DNA of 64,000 nt from IMG/VR virus record IMGVR_UViG_3300020050_012045, positions 32,001 through 96,000 of that record; one strand, given 5' to 3'. The notes beneath the pieces are model-generated. The model searched no databases, was not told where the DNA came from, and saw only the letters and a list, made by a program, of their open reading frames with translations. The DNA comes from a virus. Taxonomy: Duplodnaviria > Caudoviricetes. A program made the translations under genes and the position numbers. This document shows positions 38,610 to 46,436 of the stretch, piece after piece (position 1 is the first letter of the stretch; each line of letters begins with the position of its first letter).

Positions 38610-39764
38610 TTAGCCGCCCCAGCCGTATTCAAGAGTACCTAGGAAGGGTGACGCGGTTGTAGTTGCGCCAGTCCCGAACAATAACCAAGTCAAGCACGCA
38701 CCGTCTTCGATCTGAGGCAAAGACACAAGCTGTGACCGCAAGTCCCGTTCTGCGAGCAAGCCAGTTACAGGTAACACAATCTCAGCAATAGGTTTGACGA
38801 TACACAAGGCGACGACACCAGTACCTGTATACGCAACGCCACCAGACCAAGTGAAAGATTCAATAGATTTGATTCCTGTGTCCGCCGCTTGCTTAGGCAG
38901 GAAAGCGCCGTAACGACCCGTTGCGTTGCCCGAGTGCAAAATACGTGTCGCATAGGCGTCAGCTGCTGCGCCCATTGATGGCGTCCCCTGGAAAGCCCGC
39001 GTGTTTGTTCCGGCTTGATTTGTGTAAGACGAGGCGGTCAAGTTCGGGCCGCCAGCCGTTGGTGCTGTCTGCACAACAAAAAGAGCTTCGCATCCAGCTC
39101 CGTTTGGAGAACGCTGCTGAATCGTCAATGTATGGGTACCAGTACCAGCATCCGTAAACGCAATAACCGTGCCAGCAATTGCGTCAGCCAACGAAGCAGC
39201 TACACGAGCCGTAGTCGCCGAAACCCGAACTAAATAGTAGTCGGTAGCAAGTGATAATCCAGTCGGCAACGTTGTAGTGGTCGTGAACTGAACTTTCGTA
39301 AACGTACTAAAATCGTTCGTGTAGGTTAACAGCAACCCACCAGAAGACGAAGCCGTGAAGGTATTGGTGTTAATCAAAACACGAGACCCTGTGCCGGTCA
39401 CGTTGGTCGTGCTAAGACGATAGTACCCTTGAAGATCCACGAGCATCGCAACCCAAGGCGCACCTGCGGCTGCAACCATCATGGATTTCATTGATAAAAG
39501 GTGCTTAGTTGCCGAAGGTCCGACAACACCACCATGCTGTGGTCCGATAACGACGGTTCCATCGCCGGATGTTTCCCAGCAGGATTTATACACGAGATCG
39601 GTCCCCGGAAAGGTGCCTGCATTGGGGTAACCGTTCAACCCGGTTAGCATATGCCAGCCGCCAGCTGTATGTACAGGAGCAGTGGATTTGAATGTATCAA
39701 TCCGTCCACGCTTAGCGTTAACGGTCATTTGATTCAGCATGTCGTCGTCAGAAGTATAGCCCAT
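38610..39764 (-). CDS. virion structural protein (paralog of 39768 gene)
   Basis: YTNQAG, DTGIKSI, VKPI, QIEDGACL. Confidence 0.7.
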   Translation of the reverse strand: MGYTSDDDMLNQMTVNAKRGRIDTFKSTAPVHTAGGWHMLTGLNGYPNAGTFPGTDLVYKSCWETSGDGTVVIGPQHGGVVGPSATKHLLSMKSMMVAAAGAPWVAMLVDLQGYYRLSTTNVTGTGSRVLINTNTFTASSSGGLLLTYTNDFSTFTKVQFTTTTTLPTGLSLATDYYLVRVSATTARVAASLADAIAGTVIAFTDAGTGTHTLTIQQRSPNGAGCEALFVVQTAPTAGGPNLTASSYTNQAGTNTRAFQGTPSMGAAADAYATRILHSGNATGRYGAFLPKQAADTGIKSIESFTWSGGVAYTGTGVVALCIVKPIAEIVLPVTGLLAERDLRSQLVSLPQIEDGACLTWLLFGTGATTTASPFLGTLEYGWGG

Positions 39765-39767
39765 GGA

Positions 39768-40619
39768 TTAACCCCAAACAAAAGTGGCGTGTGCCGTTAA
39801 AGTTCCCGCAGCCACAGTTGCAGCGCAGTTCATTATGAAGTTGAGATACGCACCGTCTTCGATACGTTGCGACATTGGACGTAAGCCGCCGTATTCAAAC
39901 TCAGAACAGGTGTTAATTTCGTAGATAGCAGCGTCGACAATCGGCTTGACTAAAACCAGCGAGGTCAACCCACCGTTCAGCACGATATTTTGGAACGACG
40001 TGACCGAACGAATCCCGGTGTCCCCGTCAGCTAGACGCAAGAAAGGGCCCATACCGGCAGCAACAGCTGGTTGCGACGTAGCAATAGAGGAGATACCAGT
40101 GCTCGCCGTTGTGTACGAAATAATTGGTGACGTTTTTGTTACGCCGTCTTGGTTCACATATGTAAAAGTAAATCTGCCACCACCAGTTGTAGGAGCCGCT
40201 GCAACAAGCATCGCCTGAACGCCAGCACCGGACGTATAGCGTGGCAAGGTTACGGTATTGTCCATGATCTGTAAGTCACCGTCGTCTCCGTCGATAAACG
40301 GGTAGTACAGACAGTAGTCAAGCAATGCGTACCGTCCCACAAGCCCAGCTGTAGGCGTGCACAAAGACAATCTCTGTAGGTAAGTGTAGGCAGGTGATTT
40401 ATCACTACCGTGGTTCATTCCTCGTAGGCCATCGAGGGTTGCGGCCACTAGAGGTGCGGAGGCGTAGTAGTTAGGTGGGGGATTACCAGACGACATGGAT
40501 AGGTCCACCCACCACCCAGCAACAGTTGCTTGAGAAGGAGTCTTGCGGTAGGATGTGTATGAACAAGCACCGCTGAGAAATGCGTCCCCGTACTCTCTCC
40601 AGTTTGCAAACCCAGCCAC
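39768..40619 (-). CDS. virion structural protein (paralog of 38610 gene)
   Basis: YVNQDG, DTGIRSV, VKPI, RIEDGAYL. Confidence 0.7.
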   Translation of the reverse strand: MAGFANWREYGDAFLSGACSYTSYRKTPSQATVAGWWVDLSMSSGNPPPNYYASAPLVAATLDGLRGMNHGSDKSPAYTYLQRLSLCTPTAGLVGRYALLDYCLYYPFIDGDDGDLQIMDNTVTLPRYTSGAGVQAMLVAAAPTTGGGRFTFTYVNQDGVTKTSPIISYTTASTGISSIATSQPAVAAGMGPFLRLADGDTGIRSVTSFQNIVLNGGLTSLVLVKPIVDAAIYEINTCSEFEYGGLRPMSQRIEDGAYLNFIMNCAATVAAGTLTAHATFVWG

Positions 40620-40622
40620 AGG

Positions 40623-40826
40623 TTACTTCCTGTCCCAAAGAGAGGAGAACAGCTTCACAAAAGCGTCTTTGACACTCTTGGTGTCGGTGCCACTCGCCCC
40701 GCCTTCGCCATATGCCGTGGCAACCATGTGGGCCAGAACCCCAGCGTCATTGTGACCGCAAGTTCGGGTTATCGAGCCGTCAACGTAACTGACAGCCGCT
40801 CCACATTGTCCACAGGTATACTTCAT
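40623..40826 (-). CDS. small Cys/His protein
   Basis: YTCGQCG...RTCGH. Confidence 0.6.
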   Translation of the reverse strand: MKYTCGQCGAAVSYVDGSITRTCGHNDAGVLAHMVATAYGEGGASGTDTKSVKDAFVKLFSSLWDRK

Positions 40827-40839
40827 GAGAGGTAATAGC

Positions 40840-41274
40840 TCAGGACTCTGTTACGGTGAGAGCAGTTGCCGAGAATTGAGGCTGAATCGTGTTCGCAACA
40901 GCCAAAGAAGCGGACAAGGCGCCAGCATACAAGACGTTACCAGCACCAGAAGATGCGGTTCCGATTGCAACATGAGTCACGGTGCTGCCTGTCACACCAC
41001 ATTGTGGGAATTGGACCAGGGCGACGTTTTCTGTTGAGCCAGACGACGGAACAGCCCATCCACCAGTGGTGCGTGCCACAGCGATTCGGGTGTAGTTGGT
41101 GTAGGCAGTCTCGTTGGTCAACTGACTGTTGCCAACGCCTGGATCTGCGGTATGAAGCGACAGATACAGGTTAGTTAAAGGAGCTGACGTGTCGTTTTCG
41201 GCAATGTCAGCCCATGCAGTCGCATTGAAAATAAGAGCCAGAATTTTATCACATGTTAACGTTGATTTTGCCAT
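40840..41274 (-). CDS. conserved tail-fibre-associated protein
   Basis: LYLSLHTADPG, ETAYTNYTRIAV, FPQC, THVAI; GAGG SD. Confidence 0.75.
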   Translation of the reverse strand: MAKSTLTCDKILALIFNATAWADIAENDTSAPLTNLYLSLHTADPGVGNSQLTNETAYTNYTRIAVARTTGGWAVPSSGSTENVALVQFPQCGVTGSTVTHVAIGTASSGAGNVLYAGALSASLAVANTIQPQFSATALTVTES

Positions 41275-41283
41275 TGTGTTTCC

Positions 41284-42024
41284 TCACCACCCGGAAGGGT
41301 TGTAGCTGTTTGACGATCCGCCGCCGCCACCAGAGGCGGTAATTCGCAGTTGCTCATTGGCTCCGGGATTGAGCTTTGTAATCGTGACGTTGGAGCCGGC
41401 CACGATCTTGTTTTCGAGGTAGTTGGCGGTTGTATCGAGAGCGCTGATCTTGACCAGTACGTCAGTTCCGGAAATTGCCGCTGTCGAGGCTAAGGTGATT
41501 CTGCCTTGTTGATCGACCGTAATGACAGGAACAGCAGAGCCAGAGCCGTAAACCCCTGGGGCAACAGCGGTGTCGGCCAGCGAGATGGTGGTTGTCCCAC
41601 CAAGAGCGGTGGCGTTCATTCCGGTTGTGAAATTCAGAGTGTCCTGAAACGTGCCTACATCTACCCCATCTTCCTGGGTGGTCAGTGGGTCAGAAGACAC
41701 TGTAGTAATCGTAGTAACTGCTCCAAGACTAGCAACAGTAGTGCTAGATCCAACCCAGTTAAGGGTGGATTGGTTGACCCCAGCTGTAACTCCCTCTTCC
41801 TGGGTGGTAACCCCATTCTTAGCTAAAGCCTCGATTGCATTGAGTTTTATCTTGTCAGCGGCGGACATAAGTCCACCAACTAAGGGAGTTGCGCCAGGAA
41901 TCGGATCGGTCCCGTTAGAAACGTGAGTGTTGGCGTGAGGATCGGGCGGACCACCGCCGCCGCCGCCACCGGTGGACGTTTCCTGAGGTCTAAACCCCAA
42001 TAATGTGCGAAGTTGCATAGCCAA
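41284..42024 (-). CDS. appendage protein with N-terminal tag variant
   Basis: LRTLLGFRPQETSTGGGGGGG, HANTH, GLMSAADKIKL, ITVDQQGRIT; start TTG 42024 or ATG 42018. Confidence 0.7.
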   Translation of the reverse strand: MAMQLRTLLGFRPQETSTGGGGGGGPPDPHANTHVSNGTDPIPGATPLVGGLMSAADKIKLNAIEALAKNGVTTQEEGVTAGVNQSTLNWVGSSTTVASLGAVTTITTVSSDPLTTQEDGVDVGTFQDTLNFTTGMNATALGGTTTISLADTAVAPGVYGSGSAVPVITVDQQGRITLASTAAISGTDVLVKISALDTTANYLENKIVAGSNVTITKLNPGANEQLRITASGGGGGSSNSYNPSGW

Positions 42025-42032
42025 GGTTGGCT

Positions 42033-42040
42033 AAAGATTG
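42033..42040 (-). promoter_or_regulatory. putative late promoter CAATCTTT
   Basis: Exact octamer 8 nt upstream of TTG 42024. Confidence 0.75.
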
Positions 42041-42051
42041 TCGTTTGATGG

Positions 42052-42079
42052 TTGACAGTTAAGTCAGGTGTGGTAGAAT
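42052..42079 (+). promoter_or_regulatory. strong sigma70-type promoter of the ncRNA cluster
   Basis: TTGACA-16-TAGAAT with extended TG. Confidence 0.85.
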
Positions 42080-42085
42080 CAAGTC

Positions 42086-42167
42086 ACCGAGGTTGCGACG
42101 AGAAAATTGCATACATCGTCGACAGGGTAGCTCCCTGGACAGGGTTGGTAATGTACCCTACTTCGGT
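42086..42167 (+). ncRNA. cloverleaf / four-way-junction RNA 1 (unknown class)
   Basis: Closing stem ACCGAGGT/ACTTCGGT; hairpins CGACGA/TCGTCG, CAGGG/CCCTG, AGGGT/ACCCT; 5' end coincides with the predicted +1. Confidence 0.65.
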
Positions 42168-42171
42168 CATT

Positions 42172-42244
42172 GCTTTCGGTAGCTTAACGGTAGAGCAGTC
42201 CCCTTAACTGGGCAGGAATGTGGGTTCAACTCCCATCCGAAAGC
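42172..42244 (+). tRNA. degenerate tRNA (nominal anticodon TAA; G-1:C73)
   Basis: Acceptor (G)CTTTCGG/CCGAAAG(C), TAGCTTAACGGTAGAGC D arm, GTGGG-TTCAACT-CCCAT T arm; anticodon stem imperfect; no encoded CCA. Confidence 0.75.
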
Positions 42245-42251
42245 GCATTTT

Positions 42252-42315
42252 GAGATTCCACCGGACCAAGGCCGGTGTGTGCTGGAACACTCTAAGCTCC
42301 AACTTAGAGAGTCTC
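42252..42315 (+). ncRNA. four-way-junction RNA 3 (unknown class)
   Basis: Closing stem GAGATT/AGTCTC; hairpins CACCGG/CCGGTG, TGT/ACA, CTCTAAG/CTTAGAG with almost no unpaired junction. Confidence 0.6.
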
Positions 42316-42316
42316 G

Positions 42317-42385
42317 ATCCGCCCGCTAGGCGATCAATTGAAATTACCCTTTCGTCAATTCATTCCCTAGCGGGCGGATTCTTTT
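42317..42385 (+). terminator. long hairpin, probable terminator or fourth RNA domain
   Basis: ATCCGCCCGCTAGG/CCTAGCGGGCGGAT 14 bp stem with inner AATTGA/TCAATT, followed by TCTTTT. Confidence 0.7.
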
Positions 42386-42390
42386 GTTGG

Positions 42391-44073
42391 TCAGTACCCA
42401 CGGAAGAAGTTAAACAACCCACCGCTGTCATCTATCTCTTGGTCCGTCAAGGCCACCGTATGGCGAGCAAACTCGACGATCCTGCCGGCGAAGGGGAAGT
42501 TGTTGCCGTTTGAGTTGCCGATGAAATAGACATCAGGGGTTCCTGGGGTTAGCGTGCCGGCTGTACCTGTGGTTTCGCCATCAAGGGCAGAGTTGACGTA
42601 AACCCTGAATTTGTCCGCTGAACTGTCCAAAACAAAGGTAATTCGGTAATAATCGCCAGGTGTTAGGGCGGTTGCACCGGAAACAAACCTGTAAGCCCCA
42701 AGGCCAGTGTCGTCATAAATGACACCAGTTGCAAAACCACCAGCGATGGCAAGCTCGACCGCTCCACCGTATGGGACAGTGTATCTGCCAAACAAGACAC
42801 CATCGTCTGCCCTTACAATGAAATCCCAAGTCCTTTGAGACGTGGTGGTAACTTCATGAGCTGCATTTGCTGCTAGGCTGAAGTAGATGCCAGCTGTAAA
42901 ACCGTAAACTTCCTTCTTGGAAGAAAAGGGAGTAGCGGCTCCATCTGATACCGCCCCGACTTCGGTAGCATTGTAACTGCCTTCACGGTCAACCCAGGTT
43001 GTGTTGGTAAAGTCAGTGGCAACCAACTGCATATTGGTGGAAGCTAGGGGTGGCTGGAACTCATCGTACTCAGTTTTGCCGTTGTTGATCAACCATTGAG
43101 CACCAGCTTGAGAGTATGAACTATCCTGTTTATACAGGTAGTAACCACGAGGTACACCTGGGGAAATCTCCTCTGAGTCCGTCCACTGCCAGTAAACAAC
43201 ATCAGTTAATCCTTCAGAATCAGCCACTTGAATCACTTTATTAAGCAATCCACCGGCATCTAAGCCTCTAGAAGTGAAGCTCGGCTCCGCCTCAGGCCAT
43301 CCGAATTCCCCGATGTACATTCTCGTACCGGGCATCACCTGGCGAATCTTTTTAATCAGCCGAGTCGTTAGCGCTTCAATGTTGGCCAAAGCGTCTGTCT
43401 GGTTAGCTCCCCAGGTGTTGATAGATTCATAAGACGACAGAGAGATAGCATCAGGTGCAATCTCAGGAAGGATGCGATACCAAACCCGGTCAATCACGCC
43501 GTCCAAAGTACGGTTGATTTCAATCCCGAATGAAACTTCACCTGCCCCGGTAGTCGCTACTAGCGCATCATTGATTGCTCGCCGCCACCGTTTATAAAAA
43601 GCCACCATTCGCTGATGTCTGTCTTGTGGAGCTGATTTGCCTTCAACGAACGCACCCAACAAGGACCAATCGCCTTCCCAACACTGCAAAACAAACTTCT
43701 TGGTCGGGTACGTAGTCCTTAGATGGACAGCTAGATTGTAAATCTCAGTGTACTCAGCATCTAAGTCTGCTGTTCCAACTGTCCACGGATTAGTAATCCC
43801 GTTGGCAAACGTCCAACAATTCAAATAGAAGTACGTAATGTTGGGATCTGAGAACACTTCAACAAACGGAGCCGATTCAGCAAGCTCGGTTAGTGAGGTA
43901 GGTGAGCCAAACCCGGTCTGACCAGGAAAGTCAGTTGCATACGAAGGGCTGAAAAAGAATTTTAGCCCAGGGAAGCCAAGGGTATACGAAGCAGCTTTAG
44001 TGGCAGCTGTTAGAAAAGCTGACGATGTTGGGTAGTCACCAGCAACTAACGATGTTGCAAATCTAGCGGTCAT
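42391..44073 (-). CDS. glycoside-hydrolase-like (clan GH-A TIM barrel) plus LamG domain virion protein
   Basis: LQCWEGDW and YIGEFGWPE (candidate acid/base and nucleophile Glu), VVYWQW; C-terminal VYVNS...IG...FAGRIVE LamG-like region. Confidence 0.65.
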   Translation of the reverse strand: MTARFATSLVAGDYPTSSAFLTAATKAASYTLGFPGLKFFFSPSYATDFPGQTGFGSPTSLTELAESAPFVEVFSDPNITYFYLNCWTFANGITNPWTVGTADLDAEYTEIYNLAVHLRTTYPTKKFVLQCWEGDWSLLGAFVEGKSAPQDRHQRMVAFYKRWRRAINDALVATTGAGEVSFGIEINRTLDGVIDRVWYRILPEIAPDAISLSSYESINTWGANQTDALANIEALTTRLIKKIRQVMPGTRMYIGEFGWPEAEPSFTSRGLDAGGLLNKVIQVADSEGLTDVVYWQWTDSEEISPGVPRGYYLYKQDSSYSQAGAQWLINNGKTEYDEFQPPLASTNMQLVATDFTNTTWVDREGSYNATEVGAVSDGAATPFSSKKEVYGFTAGIYFSLAANAAHEVTTTSQRTWDFIVRADDGVLFGRYTVPYGGAVELAIAGGFATGVIYDDTGLGAYRFVSGATALTPGDYYRITFVLDSSADKFRVYVNSALDGETTGTAGTLTPGTPDVYFIGNSNGNNFPFAGRIVEFARHTVALTDQEIDDSGGLFNFFRGY

Positions 44074-46436
44074 TATCGGACCAGGTAGTGGTCGAACTTC
44101 ACGTAATCGACATCGAGGTTTCTGGCCGTAGTGCCAACTGATTTTATCATACTAAAGGTAAGTGCCGTTGTTTGAGCTGTAGGGATATTGGCAGTGTGGG
44201 TAGCCACGAGAACGCCATCTATGAAGAACTGGACACCTGTTGCGTCTGCATCGATCTCAATTTCGAGCGTATAGAATTGGTTGGCGGCAACAGCTATCGT
44301 TGTGTCTGTTGATGTCGTTCCAGCTGCGTTGGTGACCGCGAACCAGTTGGCAGAGTTTTCATCATGGAAGAAGTAAATTCCCTCCCCTGGAGAAGTATCA
44401 TCCACAAGATCGGATAAACCAATGTAAGTCTTGTACGCTTGCCCAACACTGGAAGCGGCACTCAATCGGGCCCTTGCTTTGTAGCGCATCGCCCCAGAGT
44501 CAACATAGTACCCTTGATCGCCAAACAGAGTAGCGGCTCCAGTTGCGGAAACACCACCAGTTGACAACTGTATGATTCCTGGGGTCTGAGTTTCGCTTGG
44601 AATATTGGCTATCGTTCCGCTATTGACAGTAAACGGAGCCGTAGCGAACGTAGCTAGCGGTCGCATGAAATCTTCAAACTCAGAATGTAGGAACTTGGGG
44701 TTAAAATCCTCACTCAAAACGAAAGCTCGAAGTGTTCCACCGCCAGTTGTCGTTCGGGCAATCACCAGTGAGCGTGGGGTCGCCTGAATTGGAGTATTAA
44801 CGGCCAGCCCGTTTATGAACCCACCGGAAGGTGGATAAACGTTCATGGTGTTTAATCCATCGTTAAACAAAAGCTGCTCAACGCCACCAATGTCTAGGTT
44901 GGCAGCATATTTGGCGGAAGCTCTGTTTTCTGCGACCGTGGTATAGACGGACGTGTTCAGTCCAAGTGTGGTGGCCGAGGCTTGCCCACCAGATGCGTAC
45001 GCTGTCTGAGCTGTGACGATCGGATAATACACATACCCGTAATAAATCGCCTTACCACCGAAGTTCGAGTCTTGCAAAGCATTAAACGTCCCATTGATCT
45101 GGAATGTGCCTTGGACTGATTCCTTGGTGAAGTCAGACGTAACTACTGTGTTACCACGACGGTCGGTCTGGTAGTATCCAGATAAGCTTGCCCAGGTGTT
45201 TGGGTTGGCTGATTCGATGGTGTAGTTGTAAGCGTAGCCGGTAGTAATAGTAACGCCGTTTACATAATACTGGCCTGAACCGCCGAAGTTGACAGCAGGT
45301 TGCAGTACCAAGGCAGCATTGGTTCCAGTCAAGGAAGTGAAGAACCCCTGGCTAACGTTGCGGATATCTACGGGTACGGTCACGGTTGAGTTGTTGACCG
45401 TGGCATCAATGACCGCGTATTGGGCGTCAGTGACATTGATTGCGCCGTCTGCACACCCCTCGAACAATCCCTGTACCTTAACGTACCTGCAATCCCGAGC
45501 AGACACCAAAGAACCAACCGAGGAAAGTCCCTTGACAACTACCTTGTCCATATCCTGGGCGGTTAGCCCAGCAGTTGCAGTTATCCTGGTGATACAGTTG
45601 TCGAGTTCAATCCAGCCGCCAAATGCAGCAGCCACACCAGTGTCGATAGCATTGGTAAAATCACACCCGTAGAACGTGACCTTTCGAGACATTCTGACAA
45701 TGGAGTTCCAGAAGCTGTTGGTTACGTCATCGAACTTGATTCCAACGATTCTGATTGGGGCGTCACAACCAACAATGTCAAGAGCAGACAGATCGAGCGC
45801 AATATCCCTAGAGGTGAGGGTGGTTCCACAGTTAATGATTTGGAAAGTTGTGGTTCCGTCGACGCCTGGGGCTGGACGAGTCAATGTGAACGAAGTTGTT
45901 GTGTTGGATGCGATGACGTACATGGCCGGAACGTCAGGGTCAGTTGATGCCCCACCACCACCAGTAATCACAAACAAACGGTTAGCTAAGTTGGTAGCGG
46001 TGTAGTTAGCCGAAATCGTAGGCTTTTGAATAACCTGGGTGGTAGTGCCTGGGCCAGCAGTTCCGGTGTTGTCACCCGTCGTTAGGGTAGCTAGAGTGTT
46101 AGTTCCTTTGACAACAACAGCGTCCTTAACCAGAAGATCAAGGGAGGTATTGAGAGTGTCAATCCCGATGTTACCAACAAACGCCGCCATTTGGGCGCCA
46201 ACATAGGTTCCGGTAGCGATCGTAATGAGTGCCCGGTGTTGGCGGTTCTTGCTGATGGAATCAAGGGCGGCTTGTAGCGTAAGGAAGGGCGATGCTGAGT
46301 AATCCCCCGCAAACAGTTTCTGTGGGCGGGCGAGGCTAGGGGAGTTAGTTCCGCCAGACGAAACGTTGACGTACGTAGTCCCAGACGAAGCCAGGGCGTT
46401 AGAACTATCTACCTCAAATCCATACTGTGCTGACAT
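44073..46436 (-). CDS. tail spike / fibre protein with beta-helix and C-terminal lectin-like domain
   Basis: PFLTLQAALDSI, right-handed beta-helix-like repeats, FFIDGVLVATHTANIP...DVDY; start moved to TAATG overlap at 46436. Confidence 0.7.
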   Translation of the reverse strand: MSAQYGFEVDSSNALASSGTTYVNVSSGGTNSPSLARPQKLFAGDYSASPFLTLQAALDSISKNRQHRALITIATGTYVGAQMAAFVGNIGIDTLNTSLDLLVKDAVVVKGTNTLATLTTGDNTGTAGPGTTTQVIQKPTISANYTATNLANRLFVITGGGGASTDPDVPAMYVIASNTTTSFTLTRPAPGVDGTTTFQIINCGTTLTSRDIALDLSALDIVGCDAPIRIVGIKFDDVTNSFWNSIVRMSRKVTFYGCDFTNAIDTGVAAAFGGWIELDNCITRITATAGLTAQDMDKVVVKGLSSVGSLVSARDCRYVKVQGLFEGCADGAINVTDAQYAVIDATVNNSTVTVPVDIRNVSQGFFTSLTGTNAALVLQPAVNFGGSGQYYVNGVTITTGYAYNYTIESANPNTWASLSGYYQTDRRGNTVVTSDFTKESVQGTFQINGTFNALQDSNFGGKAIYYGYVYYPIVTAQTAYASGGQASATTLGLNTSVYTTVAENRASAKYAANLDIGGVEQLLFNDGLNTMNVYPPSGGFINGLAVNTPIQATPRSLVIARTTTGGGTLRAFVLSEDFNPKFLHSEFEDFMRPLATFATAPFTVNSGTIANIPSETQTPGIIQLSTGGVSATGAATLFGDQGYYVDSGAMRYKARARLSAASSVGQAYKTYIGLSDLVDDTSPGEGIYFFHDENSANWFAVTNAAGTTSTDTTIAVAANQFYTLEIEIDADATGVQFFIDGVLVATHTANIPTAQTTALTFSMIKSVGTTARNLDVDYVKFDHYLVR

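Noticed and set aside
42203-42209. Ochre suppressor tRNA (TTA) or genome recoding
   Set aside because: TTA cannot be centred in a 7 nt loop with a paired stem; genes are intact in code 11 and TAA, TAG and TGA all serve as stops
42220-42513. 97 aa plus-strand ORF over the RNA cluster
   Set aside because: Starts inside the tRNA T arm, has no SD, and crosses the terminator hairpin into an antisense gene
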